In this document: positions 45,479-54,707 of the stretch, one piece after another
Numbering within the stretch: the first letter of the stretch is position 1
How the letters are laid out: each line of letters begins with the position of its first letter
Source: Gemmatimonadales bacterium
GTDB taxonomy: Bacteria > Gemmatimonadota > Gemmatimonadetes > Gemmatimonadales > GWC2-71-9
Length of the DNA stretch: 64,000 bases
Assembly: GCA_036556025.1 (NCBI GenBank)
Contig: DATBKD010000005.1
Coordinates: 13,845 to 77,844, forward strand
Direction: 5' to 3'
The notes under the pieces: model-generated
Told to the model about the DNA's origin: nothing
Seen by the model: only the letters and a program-made list of their open reading frames with translations
Databases searched by the model: none
Made by a program: the position numbers and the translations under genes

Positions 45479-47229
45479 CTACCCCCGACCCTCTCAGCGC
45501 GTTCGAGCGCACCCGCGAGGCACTGGGCACCCGCTATCGGTTGGAACGCATTGTCGCGGCCTCGGCGGAGCGGGTGTTGTTCGAAGCGGTTGACGAGATC
45601 CTCAAGCGCCGGGTCAGCCTGCGGATCAATTTTTACCAGGATCCGACCGTTCGCACCTGGTTTCTGCGAGAGGCGGAAGCGCTTGGACAGCTTGATCATC
45701 CGGCAATCCGGCATGTGTACGACGCCGGTGTCATCGGAAACATGGCCTACCGGGTGGGTAACTGGATCGAGGGCGAAGGGCTCGACCAGGCGATTCAGCG
45801 GGGCCCCCGCCCGATTCCAACGGTCCTGGCCCTGGCTCGCGACCTCCTCGGGGCACTGGAGCATGCCCATCTGCACGGGATCGTGGTGCGGAGGATTGTT
45901 CCGACCTCGGTGATTCTGAGTCCGGGCGGGCGCGGGACCGTCACCGACCTTCGATTCTGCAGCTATGTGCTTCCGGTCATCCCCCAAGGCGCCGTGCCAT
46001 CGGGGCAGGTGTACATGGCTCCCGAGGTGCGAGGGGGTGCGGTGGGCGATCCTACGGGCGACGTCTATACCGCGGGCGCGCTGCTGTATTTCGCGGTCAC
46101 CGGGCGGGAGCCGTCACTGGACAGCCGAGAGCTGAGGCGCCCCACCGAGGTCCGGCCTACCTGCCCCCGGGCGATCGAGCGCATCGTGCTGCGGGCCCTG
46201 CAGCAAGTTCCTCAGGACCGGTATCTCACGGCCGCTGAGATGCTCGAAGATCTGGCGACGGATGCGGGGACGTTCGAGACCCGAGCGGTCACCGTAGGCG
46301 AGGCGCGCCTCATCGGTACCGAAGATCGGGCCCGATGGGAACAGCGGCTGCGGCGGGCGCTGGGCGACGACTACGAGCTGCTCGAGCTTCTGGGGGCCGG
46401 TGGCTTTGGACGGGTCTACCGAGTGCGGGACCTGCACCTGGAGCGCGAGGTGGCCCTCAAGGTGCTGCATCCCGTGTTGACTCGCGATCCGGAGGTGGTG
46501 GAGCGTTTTCGCCGGGAAGCCCAGTTGGCCGCCGGGCTCAGCCACCCGAACATCGTGAACATTTACGACATTGCCGGCCGGTCAGGCCTGATCTGGTACA
46601 CGATGGAGCTGATCGACGGGCCGAATCTGGCGCAGTTGGTGGAGCGGGAAGGGCCCCTCTCGCTCGACCAGGTTATCCGGTTGCTTCGCGAGGCCCTGTC
46701 GGCCCTGGCCCACGCTCACGGCTCGGGGCTGGTGCACCGCGACATCAAGCCGGAGAACATGCTGATCGAGCGGGACGGCAGCCTTAAAATCACGGATTTT
46801 GGGTTGGCCCTGGCGCTTCGGGGAAAATTCGGTGGCGCCACCAGTCAAAGCGGAACGCCGCAGTTCGCCAGCCCGGAGCAGCTGCTAGGGGAGCGGGTCG
46901 ACCAGCGCTCGGATCTCTACAGTCTTGCCGCAGTTGCGTATTACGCGCTGCTTGGGGCCGCCCCATTCCCCGGGCTCACCGCCGAGCAGGTGCTGGCCAA
47001 ACAGACCACTAACCAGTTTCCCACCTCCCGAGGCCGCCGGGATGATGTCAGCGGGGCGTTGGAATCCGTGTTGGACCGTGCTCTGAGCTCCGATGTCGAA
47101 AGCCGGTATCCCTCCGCGGCCGAGTTCCTACAGGCCCTGAATCGGGCGGTCGAAGGCACCTCACGGGAGGCGGTGGCGGACTGGGCCCGGGCCGCCGCCC
47201 GCTGGCTCCGCGGTTCCCCCCTTGACTAA
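45415..47229 (+). CDS. tandem pseudokinase + Ser/Thr kinase protein
   Basis: The first domain is degenerate: AASAER replaces the Gly loop, VSLRI replaces VAIK, VRRIVPTS replaces HRDxKxxN and DLR replaces DFG. The second domain is canonical: GAGGFGRVY, VALKVL, HRDIKPENM, DFG and SPEQ. The start is uncertain: GTG 45415, TTG 45430, or CTG 45475 overlapping the upstream TGA. The track start 45250 overlaps the CGNR gene by 229 nt. Confidence 0.85.
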   Translation: MQPGLLWLARPDRAPAGTAALTTPDPLSAFERTREALGTRYRLERIVAASAERVLFEAVDEILKRRVSLRINFYQDPTVRTWFLREAEALGQLDHPAIRHVYDAGVIGNMAYRVGNWIEGEGLDQAIQRGPRPIPTVLALARDLLGALEHAHLHGIVVRRIVPTSVILSPGGRGTVTDLRFCSYVLPVIPQGAVPSGQVYMAPEVRGGAVGDPTGDVYTAGALLYFAVTGREPSLDSRELRRPTEVRPTCPRAIERIVLRALQQVPQDRYLTAAEMLEDLATDAGTFETRAVTVGEARLIGTEDRARWEQRLRRALGDDYELLELLGAGGFGRVYRVRDLHLEREVALKVLHPVLTRDPEVVERFRREAQLAAGLSHPNIVNIYDIAGRSGLIWYTMELIDGPNLAQLVEREGPLSLDQVIRLLREALSALAHAHGSGLVHRDIKPENMLIERDGSLKITDFGLALALRGKFGGATSQSGTPQFASPEQLLGERVDQRSDLYSLAAVAYYALLGAAPFPGLTAEQVLAKQTTNQFPTSRGRRDDVSGALESVLDRALSSDVESRYPSAAEFLQALNRAVEGTSREAVADWARAAARWLRGSPLD

Positions 47230-47333
47230 ATGCGGCCGGAACGCAGATTTGTCCGCGCGAATACCGCCCTCGTAGGAGCTTCGATCATTCAGTAACGATC
47301 TAAGGACCCGGGAGCTCGCCAACGGGTCTTTCA

Positions 47334-47370
47334 TTTTTTATGACGCAGGATGGGCCTGCGCTCATAAAAA
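47334..47370 (+). other. 16-bp hairpin in the putative cold-shock gene 5' leader
   Basis: TTTTTTATGACGCAGG, loop atggg, then CCTGCGCTCATAAAAA, with one bulged G. It ends 57 nt upstream of the csp ATG. Confidence 0.55.
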
Positions 47371-47427
47371 CTCGGTGTGCCGGACCAGCGGCACCCGACG
47401 CAGTCAAACAAACATGGAGTAGGAGCA

Positions 47428-47640
47428 ATGGCTCGCACCCTCGGCACGGTGAAGTGGTTCAACGACGCAAAAGGTTTTGGTTTCATCACTCCGGAGAACG
47501 GGGACAAAGACTGCTTTGTCCATCACACCGCCATCAAGGCGGAAGGCTTCCGCAGCCTTTCCGAGGGTGACAGGGTGGAGTTCGACATCGTGCAGGGTGC
47601 AAAGGGCCCCGCCGCCGAGAACGTCATCAAGGTGAAGTAA
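47428..47640 (+). CDS. cspA: cold-shock protein (CspA family)
   Basis: The start is trimmed to ATG 47428 (preceded by GGAGTAGGAG). [15 protein letters not shown] and DCFVHHTAI correspond to RNP1 and RNP2. Confidence 0.95.
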   Translation: MARTLGTVKWFNDAKGFGFITPENGDKDCFVHHTAIKAEGFRSLSEGDRVEFDIVQGAKGPAAENVIKVK

Positions 47641-47655
47641 GCTGGCCGCAAACGA

Positions 47656-47689
47656 ACGGGCCGCTCAGGTGAGCGGCCCGTTTCCTTTG
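47656..47689 (+). terminator. intrinsic terminator candidate after the cold-shock gene
   Basis: ACGGGCCGCTC, loop aggt, then GAGCGGCCCGT (47656-47681), followed by the T-rich TTCCTTTG. Confidence 0.6.
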
Positions 47690-47690
47690 C

Positions 47691-47806
47691 TGGCTATCAG
47701 CTAACAGCTATCAGCCAATCTCAATACTTTCGACCCTCCGATGTGGCTACCGGAGGATCAAAGCAGGTGGAGTAGCTGTTAGCCGATAGCTGATAGCTCC
47801 TAGCTT
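47691..47806. repeat. E5: tandem-heptamer palindromic element (same unit and core as E1) between the convergent cold-shock gene and infA
   Basis: The left array is TGGCTAT CAGCTAA CAGCTAT CAGCCAA (47691-47718). The core is CGACCCTCCG (47731-47740), a 10-nt loop, then CGGAGGATCA (47751-47760). The right array is GTAGCTG TTAGCCG ATAGCTG ATAGCTC CTAGCTT (47772-47806). The infA stop codon (47805-47807) abuts or overlaps the last unit. Confidence 0.88.
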
Positions 47807-48023
47807 ATTTGTGCCTGTAGATCACCCGCCCCCGCGTCAGATCGTATGGTGATAGCACCACACTCACCCGGTCGCCTTCGAGGACGCGAATCTTGAATTT
47901 GCTCATCTTCCCGGCGGCATACGCCAGGATCTCGTGGCCGTTCTCCAGCATCACCCGATAATTCCGATCGGGCAACACCTCGGTCACGACTCCCTCCATT
48001 TCGATCCCTTCTTCCTTGGCCAT
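47805..48023 (-). CDS. infA: translation initiation factor IF-1
   Basis: 72-aa [43 protein letters not shown]..., with an S1-like fold. GGAGGG precedes the ATG. Confidence 0.97.
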   Translation of the reverse strand: MAKEEGIEMEGVVTEVLPDRNYRVMLENGHEILAYAAGKMSKFKIRVLEGDRVSVVLSPYDLTRGRVIYRHK

Positions 48024-48127
48024 CCACGCCCTCCACTGGGATCAACCTGCATCCGGTTGCAAGCGCACCGGCTTGACGGGCGTGGAATCTGGCTCGCCCG
48101 CCCCGAGGAAGCAACTGCGCGAGTGCC

Positions 48128-49849
48128 TTACGAGGCTTTCCTTACGGGGAGCCGGCTGCGGGTCTGCTCGATCTGCTTCTCGACCAGCTCTACCAAAGTG
48201 CCGATGGTATCGGCATCGAAGCTGAGCTCGGCGCCCGCCACCCGGTACATCTCGGGGAGGCTTCGCACGGCGCCCAGGGCAAGCGCCTCCCGATAACGGG
48301 CTACCGCCCTTTGCGGGTCCTCCAGGCTGTTGCGCCAGACCTGGAGAGCGCCGACCTGAGCAATGCCATACTCGATGTAGTAGAATGGATACTGGAAGAT
48401 GTGCAGTTGCCGATACCAGCGGGCCACCCGCTCGCCCTCGAGTCCCGACCAGTCCACTCCCCGTTCAAACCGGCTGCGAATGCGAAGCCACTCCTCGTCT
48501 CTGGCTGCCGCATCGCCGCCCTTCCCGCTGCTGTAGATCCAGGTCTGGAACGCGTCAACCGAGGCAATGTGCACCAGGCTGAGAAGCACGTCCTCGAGGT
48601 GCTCCAGCCAGGCACTCCAGTGATCTTCGGGGGTGAAGTAGCCGGTCGGCTGAACCAGGTGCCCCGCTGCCAGCAGCTCCATGGACATGGAGGCAAGCTC
48701 GGCCGCCTCCGAGCCGGTATGCCGTTGCCAGACGAACGGCTGTGCATGGGCCGCAAAGGCATGGAAGGCGTGACCCGCCTCGTGCAGCAGGGTCATCACA
48801 TCATCCACCAGGCCCACCGCGTTCATGAAGATGAATGGCCGGCCGCGGAACTGGAGCGTCTCACAGTAACCACCCGGTGCCTTGCCCTTGCGACTCTCCA
48901 GGTCGAGGAGTCGTTCATCGATCATCGTCTGAAATTGCCGGCCAAGTGCCGGGTCGACCTGTTCGAACACCCGCTGCGCCTTGCTGGTAAACTCGGCGCT
49001 CGTCTGAAAGGGGCGAAGCGGAGTGGCCCGGTAGGGATCGACGGCCAAGTCCCACGGCCGCAGGACCGAGAGGCCCAAGCGGCGCCGCCGCACGTCCAGG
49101 ATGCGCCCCACTGCCGGCGCGACTGTCTGTTCGATGGCGCGGTGGAACCGCTCGCAGTCGGCGGGGGTGTAGTCGAACCGGAACTTCGCCGGGAAGATAT
49201 AGTCGCGAAAGTTGGCGAAGCCGGAGTTGGCGGCAGCCCGCTGCCGCAGCCCGTACATCCGGTCGAACAAGCCGGCCAGGGCATCGTGTTGGTCGATGTA
49301 CGGCTGGGTCGCCGCCCGGAAGGCGCGCTCCCGCACTGCTCGATCGGGACTCTTGAGAAACGGCTGGAGCTGAGGCAGGGGGCGCTCTTCCCCGTCCCAC
49401 TCCACCGTCATCGAACCGGTGATTCGCTGGTAGCGGGCGCTCAGCTCCTCCAGTTCGGCGAACAGCGGAACGTTCTCCTCGCGAAAGATCTCGATCGAAG
49501 TCCGAAACCGGGCCAGAGTGGTTTGGAGCTGCGGAGTGGTGTAACCCGACTCAACCAGCCGGCGAGCCAGCTCCACACTGCGCTCCTCCATGCGGGGCAA
49601 GATCTCGGTGCTGAAGCGCAGATGATCGGCTTCCTTGGCCGCATCGGAGGTGTCGATGGTATAGGCAATCATCGCCTGGGCGGCAGCCTCACCGACCAGC
49701 TCCTCCAGGGTGGACCACTCGTGCAACCAGCCCTCGATCGCCTCCGCCGGAAGCGGGCGCCGGGCGAGCTCATCGAAGTAGGGGGAAATATCCTGCCACC
49801 GCGCCTTGGCCAGCGCGGCGGGGGACGAGGGCAACACTGAAACGGTCAC
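48128..49849 (-). CDS. M3-family oligoendopeptidase (PepF-like)
   Basis: 573-aa ORF with a GTG start. HEAGHAFH is the zinc motif, and the overall pattern is M3B-like. Confidence 0.88.
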   Translation of the reverse strand: MTVSVLPSSPAALAKARWQDISPYFDELARRPLPAEAIEGWLHEWSTLEELVGEAAAQAMIAYTIDTSDAAKEADHLRFSTEILPRMEERSVELARRLVESGYTTPQLQTTLARFRTSIEIFREENVPLFAELEELSARYQRITGSMTVEWDGEERPLPQLQPFLKSPDRAVRERAFRAATQPYIDQHDALAGLFDRMYGLRQRAAANSGFANFRDYIFPAKFRFDYTPADCERFHRAIEQTVAPAVGRILDVRRRRLGLSVLRPWDLAVDPYRATPLRPFQTSAEFTSKAQRVFEQVDPALGRQFQTMIDERLLDLESRKGKAPGGYCETLQFRGRPFIFMNAVGLVDDVMTLLHEAGHAFHAFAAHAQPFVWQRHTGSEAAELASMSMELLAAGHLVQPTGYFTPEDHWSAWLEHLEDVLLSLVHIASVDAFQTWIYSSGKGGDAAARDEEWLRIRSRFERGVDWSGLEGERVARWYRQLHIFQYPFYYIEYGIAQVGALQVWRNSLEDPQRAVARYREALALGAVRSLPEMYRVAGAELSFDADTIGTLVELVEKQIEQTRSRLPVRKAS

Positions 49850-49889
49850 GAGAACTCCCAGGTCACGAGCGATCCGGTCGAGGCTCCGA

Positions 49890-49918
49890 GATATACCCGG
49901 AGCAGATTACCATGTCTA
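49890..49918 (-). promoter_or_regulatory. sigma70-like promoter candidate for the M3 peptidase gene
   Basis: On the minus strand: TAGACA (49918-49913), a 17-nt spacer, then TATATC (49895-49890). Confidence 0.3.
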
Positions 49919-49939
49919 TCATCGACGGCAAGGCCGAGC

Positions 49940-51817
49940 TTACGAAGTTCCGGCGGTGCGGTCGTGGCGGTAATAGAGATAGGCAAGCGACAGCATGACG
50001 AAGCCGAGCAGAAAAACCGATCCAATCCGGTAGAGCGCATCGAGCGAGGACAGGTCGAAAAAGACGACCTTCACGATCGCGAGCCCAGCGACCGTAAGGC
50101 CGGCCACCCGAACCGGCTTGAGCGCGCGCCCGAAGCCGAGCGCGACCAGCGTCGCCGCGAAGACCAGCCACCAGGCGCTGACGGCCAGCCCGCCGGCCAG
50201 AGCGGCATTTTCCATCGAGATACTCCGCAGCTCAAAGAACCGGCGAATCTCTGCCGTGACGCCGAACAGCAGCATCATCCCGGCGACGGTCCAGAGCGCG
50301 TTCCTCATCAGCCGGGTGTTCTCCCTGGCCGGGTCTCCTTTCCACAGCCCCGCGGCCAGCACCACAGTGCCGGCGATGCTGCCCCACTGCGCCAACGCCC
50401 AGGGTCCCACGAAAGCGGGATCCGCCGCCGTCCGCCGGGCCAGAGCGCCATTGAACAGGTACTCGAGAGCAAATGCCAGGGTCACGGAGCCGTACCAGCG
50501 ACCATCGGTCCGGTCCAAGCGATGATCCAAGGCCGGCCAGAGCAGGGCGAGGCCAAGCAGCAGCCAAACGCGAGCGACCCCGTCCCATTGGGCCATGGGT
50601 GCTACAGCGGCCGCGGCCGCTCCCACCAGGGCAAAGGCCGGGAGGGGACGCAGGTAACCGACGAGAAGATAGGGCACGGCCACAAGCAGAGGAACCAGCT
50701 CCCGGTGCTCGCGAAATCGCTCGGGGGCGATGGTGTGGAGAGCCCAACCCAACAGCAACGGAGTGGTGAAGAAATAGAGGGTTTCCCCCGCTGACCAGCC
50801 GGGGCCGGTTCCTTGAGGAGCGAGGTCCAGCGGGAGCACCTGAGGCCGCCGAAGTCCGTGCCACCAGACCGGCGCGGAGAGCACCACGGCCGCCGCCAGG
50901 ATCGGCCAGTGATGGTGCATGCGGTCATTGGCCGCGGCGAGAAACCACCACCCTCCCGAGAACGTGAGGAAACGCGTCTCCCACCACCGTTCCCGGAGAC
51001 CGATGTATAGTCCGGCTGTTCCACCGATCATCCCGAAGAGCAGGACGGCCCAGGGCACCGCGCGATCCGCGGCACCCGCCGTCCCCACCCCGAAGTAGCT
51101 GGCTGCCACGACCAGCATGGCCAGGCGCCACCCACGGCGCGCGGCAACCAGGCCAAGGCCGGCAGCCATGCTGGCCAGATAGAGCAGGAGAAGGTTCGCG
51201 TTGGACCGATCATGTCCCAGGAGAACCGGCGCGAGAAAGGCACCGAGCGCAGCTGTGGTGCCCAGAGCTTCCACGTTGATGGCGTAGGCGATCATGGCGA
51301 GGGCGATCGAGACCAACGCCAGGCCGACGATGCCGATGAACGAGGGGACCACACCGTAGAGGCGGGACGCCGCCCAGACACTCAGGTAAATGATTCCTGC
51401 CCCGCAGCCGATCAAAGCCGCACCGTAGGTCCGATAGCGCGACTGCAGCCGCCAGCCGATGGCTCCGACGATCACTCCTGCACCGACCCCACCGATGCAG
51501 CGCATGACCGGGGTGATCCAGTTTCGGTCGAAGGAGAGCTTGAGTAGGTAGCCCATGGCGGTGATCAGGGCCGCCACGCCTACCGCGAGCAGCCCTCGCT
51601 GGCCAATCCATTGCTCCGAGGTGAGATGGCTCTTCGGCCGCGGGCCCGGAGGTGGAATCGGCGGGGCAGCGGCCGCCGGCGCGGCCGCTGGTCGGGGAGG
51701 GGGCGGAGCGAGCGGTGCGGCCGGAGCTGCAGCAGCTCTTCCGGCAAGCTCCCGGATCAGCGATTCAAGAACAGCCACCCGCTGCTCCAGACGGTCGATC
51801 CGATCGTCCGGACTCAC
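49940..51817 (-). CDS. DUF2339-like polytopic membrane protein
   Basis: 625-aa ORF. An N-terminal coiled segment (RIDRLEQRVAVLESLIRELAGR) and a Pro/Ala-rich linker are followed by many hydrophobic segments. The family assignment is from memory of the DUF2339 architecture. Its GTG start overlaps the MFS stop (GTGA). Confidence 0.6.
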   Translation of the reverse strand: MSPDDRIDRLEQRVAVLESLIRELAGRAAAAPAAPLAPPPPRPAAAPAAAAPPIPPPGPRPKSHLTSEQWIGQRGLLAVGVAALITAMGYLLKLSFDRNWITPVMRCIGGVGAGVIVGAIGWRLQSRYRTYGAALIGCGAGIIYLSVWAASRLYGVVPSFIGIVGLALVSIALAMIAYAINVEALGTTAALGAFLAPVLLGHDRSNANLLLLYLASMAAGLGLVAARRGWRLAMLVVAASYFGVGTAGAADRAVPWAVLLFGMIGGTAGLYIGLRERWWETRFLTFSGGWWFLAAANDRMHHHWPILAAAVVLSAPVWWHGLRRPQVLPLDLAPQGTGPGWSAGETLYFFTTPLLLGWALHTIAPERFREHRELVPLLVAVPYLLVGYLRPLPAFALVGAAAAAVAPMAQWDGVARVWLLLGLALLWPALDHRLDRTDGRWYGSVTLAFALEYLFNGALARRTAADPAFVGPWALAQWGSIAGTVVLAAGLWKGDPARENTRLMRNALWTVAGMMLLFGVTAEIRRFFELRSISMENAALAGGLAVSAWWLVFAATLVALGFGRALKPVRVAGLTVAGLAIVKVVFFDLSSLDALYRIGSVFLLGFVMLSLAYLYYRHDRTAGTS

Positions 51818-53052
51818 GAGACCCCAGCCTCCTGCTTGGCAGCGGTTGCAGCGGGCACCCGGCCGTCGGCGCTGATCTGGAACGCCATGATGCCTACCAA
51901 AGCGACGTATCCCCCTGCGACATAGAAGGGCCAGCCGTGACCAATGCGCTGGAAGATGGTAGTGGCGAGAAGCGGCGCGCCTACGCGCGCTAGACCGGCA
52001 AAGGTCTGCGCGACACCCATCGTGGTGCCCAGTTCGCCCGGATCAGAGTAGCGAGACATGAGGGATGTCGTGGCCGGGAACAGCAGCGCCGTCCCGATCG
52101 GCACCAGCGGTATGACCGCGGCCAAGGTCCAGAGATCCCTCGGCATAGGATACAGCACCAGCCCAAGGGCGAGAAGGGCGGTCCCCGTGCGCATCGTCCA
52201 GACCTCGCCGAGGCGATCCACGATCGGGCCCAGGAGCAGGCTGCGCATGACCAGCGACAGCGCTCCGATGTACGCGAAGATAGGTCCGATGTTCGCCTCG
52301 GTCAGCCGGAACTCCGCACCCAGGTACAAGGCCAGCACCGACGTCATGGACGAGAACGCCAGCATCCCCACGCCGTAGATCCAGATCAGGCGCGACACCG
52401 GTTGCGCCGGATGGCGCACCACCAGCCACGCCGGGTGCCAGAGGGGCCTGTGCGGCGGCCTGCCGACGGCGGCTGCGCGGCTCCGCGACTCAGGTAGCCA
52501 TTTCCAGGCGAACCCCACATTCAACAGACACAGGGCCGCGGCAACCAGCCCCGGGACCTCATGGCCGAAGTGGAAAGCGAACGAGCCCAGGGCCGGGCCC
52601 AGAATCACACCGGCCGAGGTGGCGGCCGAGAGCCAGCCCAGGGCTCGGGCCCGATCCTTGGGCTCGATGGAATCGGCCACGTACGCCTGGGCCACTCCGG
52701 TCGTGCCGCCGCCGGCCCCCTGCACGATTCGCGATGCCAGCAGCAGCCAGACGCTGTCGGCAAAACTGAACACGACGTAGGCAATGGCCGACGCACTCAA
52801 GCCGATCAGCAGGGCCGGCCGACGCCCATAGCGATCGGAGACCCGCCCCCACACCGGGGCGGCGAGCAGCTGCGCGATGGAGAACGAGGCGATCAGCTGG
52901 CCGACCGTTTCGGGCGAGGCGTTCAGCTTGAGGGCGTAGAACGGCAGCAGCGGGAGCACGATCATGAAGCCGATCATGTCCACGAAGTTGACCGCGATCA
53001 GCACCGCCAGCCGCCGGAAGTTGGCACCCGGGCCAGGCCCGGCCAGCTTCAT
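51814..53052 (-). CDS. MFS transporter
   Basis: The start is trimmed to ATG 53052, which overlaps the permease TGA (ATGA). The 412-aa product has about 12 hydrophobic segments and the MFS motif A GRVSDRYGRRPALL. Confidence 0.88.
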   Translation of the reverse strand: MKLAGPGPGANFRRLAVLIAVNFVDMIGFMIVLPLLPFYALKLNASPETVGQLIASFSIAQLLAAPVWGRVSDRYGRRPALLIGLSASAIAYVVFSFADSVWLLLASRIVQGAGGGTTGVAQAYVADSIEPKDRARALGWLSAATSAGVILGPALGSFAFHFGHEVPGLVAAALCLLNVGFAWKWLPESRSRAAAVGRPPHRPLWHPAWLVVRHPAQPVSRLIWIYGVGMLAFSSMTSVLALYLGAEFRLTEANIGPIFAYIGALSLVMRSLLLGPIVDRLGEVWTMRTGTALLALGLVLYPMPRDLWTLAAVIPLVPIGTALLFPATTSLMSRYSDPGELGTTMGVAQTFAGLARVGAPLLATTIFQRIGHGWPFYVAGGYVALVGIMAFQISADGRVPAATAAKQEAGVS

Positions 53053-54707
53053 CCGCCACTCCCTCGCTCGGCGCCGAGCGCGAAGACCGCGGCACTCACC
53101 AGCATGAGTACCACGCCGTAGGCCGCCGCGACTCCCACGTCGGACTGGCGCAGACTGGAGAGAATCTCGAGTGAGATAGGCCGGGTGTCGTAGGTGTACA
53201 GCATGATGGAGGTCACGAAATCTCCGAACGCAGTCACAAAGGCGAGGCTGGCTCCGGCCACAAGAGCCGGCCGCAGCAGCGGAAGAACGACTCGCCTCAG
53301 AGTTCGCGCTCGACCCGCCCCGAGGCTGGCGGACGCCTCCTCCAGGGAGGGATCCAGCGCCCGGAAACCCGCGAAGATCGCCCGGCTGGTGATCGGCAGG
53401 TTCCTTACGAGGTAGGCCAGGGGAAGGATCCAGACCGTCCCCACCAGGATGAACCGGCCAGCCGCCGGTGCGTGGACACTGAAGGCCGCCGCCAGCGCAA
53501 TGGCGAACACGGTTCCCGGCACCGCCCACGGGAGCGCCAGAAGTCCCTCGATGAGCCGAGCGCCCCGGAGCCGCCCTCGCGCACTGACGACGCCGCCCAG
53601 AAGCGCAATCGCGACCGCCGCGACGGTCGCCGCGGTGGCCAGCCACAGACTATTGAGCAGCGGGCGCACTCGGACAGGATCGTGAACCAGCGCCAGATAG
53701 TTCGCCAGCGTATACGCCGGCGGAAGCGGCTCCGTAGTCCAAGTCCCGACCGGCACAAACGAGACCAGCAGAAGGGTGAGGTGCGGAAGCAAGAGGACGC
53801 CGGCGAATCCCCAGGCGAAGACGGTAAGCAGCCGGCGGGTCAGCGGGTGGCGCAACGGAATGCGGGCCGGCGCGACGCCCTTCCTTCCGCCCGCCGGGTT
53901 ATCCGGGGCGTGGGTGCCGCGGAGCAGCCAGAGGGCGAGCAGGGCGAGAATGGTGAGCGAGATGGTTTCCACCATCGCAAGCTCGTTCTCGCCGTTGAGG
54001 CGGGTGGCGACGATCTGGGTCGTCATCACCCGATAGCCTCCCCCAAAGATGTAGGGCGCACTGAAGGAGGCCAACGAGGTCATGAAGGTGAGAATTGCGG
54101 CGCCGGTGAGCGAGGGATACAGCTGGGGCAAAACCACCCGCCTCAGGGTACGCCAGCGGCCGGCTCCAAGACTGGCGGCCGCCTCGTAGAGCGAGAGGTC
54201 CAGGGAGGCCAGCCCGGCGCGACCGAAGAGATAGAAGTAGACGTACATCGAGTAGGCGTGAACCAGAAGAATCGCCCACGCCCCCTGAAATTGCCACGGC
54301 GGGTTTTCGAGACGGAGAAGCCGCTGAACCAGCAGCGAGACGAACCCGGTCTCACCATAGAGAAAGAGAAAGGCCATCACGCCGACCAGCGGCGGGAGCA
54401 CTGCCGGGAGCGCCACCAGCCCTCCCAGGATTCGGCCGCCGGGCAGCTCATAGCGGGCAAGGAGGACAGCGAGCGGAAGACCAATCGCCGCGGCGAGCAC
54501 CACACTCGCCAGGGAGATCCACAGGCTGCCCCACAGGGCTTGCCACTCGCTGGGGCGCTGGAAGAACTGCCGCACGTATGCCAGCGTCCAACCGGAAGGC
54601 TCATGCAGGCCTTCGATCAGCACCAGGATGATGGGATAGACCACCAGCCAGAGCAGCAGCAGGAGGAGGCCCACGGCAGCGATTCGTGCCGCTCGGGGGC
54701 CGGTCAC
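53049..54707 (-). CDS. ABC transporter permease, fused two-domain (iron(III)/thiamine-type)
   Basis: 552-aa ORF with two repeats of a 6-TM permease module carrying EAA-like loops (YEAAASLGAGRWRTLRRVVLP and LEEASASLGAGRARTLRRVVLP). Its GTG start overlaps the ATPase stop. Confidence 0.88.
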   Translation of the reverse strand: MTGPRAARIAAVGLLLLLLWLVVYPIILVLIEGLHEPSGWTLAYVRQFFQRPSEWQALWGSLWISLASVVLAAAIGLPLAVLLARYELPGGRILGGLVALPAVLPPLVGVMAFLFLYGETGFVSLLVQRLLRLENPPWQFQGAWAILLVHAYSMYVYFYLFGRAGLASLDLSLYEAAASLGAGRWRTLRRVVLPQLYPSLTGAAILTFMTSLASFSAPYIFGGGYRVMTTQIVATRLNGENELAMVETISLTILALLALWLLRGTHAPDNPAGGRKGVAPARIPLRHPLTRRLLTVFAWGFAGVLLLPHLTLLLVSFVPVGTWTTEPLPPAYTLANYLALVHDPVRVRPLLNSLWLATAATVAAVAIALLGGVVSARGRLRGARLIEGLLALPWAVPGTVFAIALAAAFSVHAPAAGRFILVGTVWILPLAYLVRNLPITSRAIFAGFRALDPSLEEASASLGAGRARTLRRVVLPLLRPALVAGASLAFVTAFGDFVTSIMLYTYDTRPISLEILSSLRQSDVGVAAAYGVVLMLVSAAVFALGAERGSGG

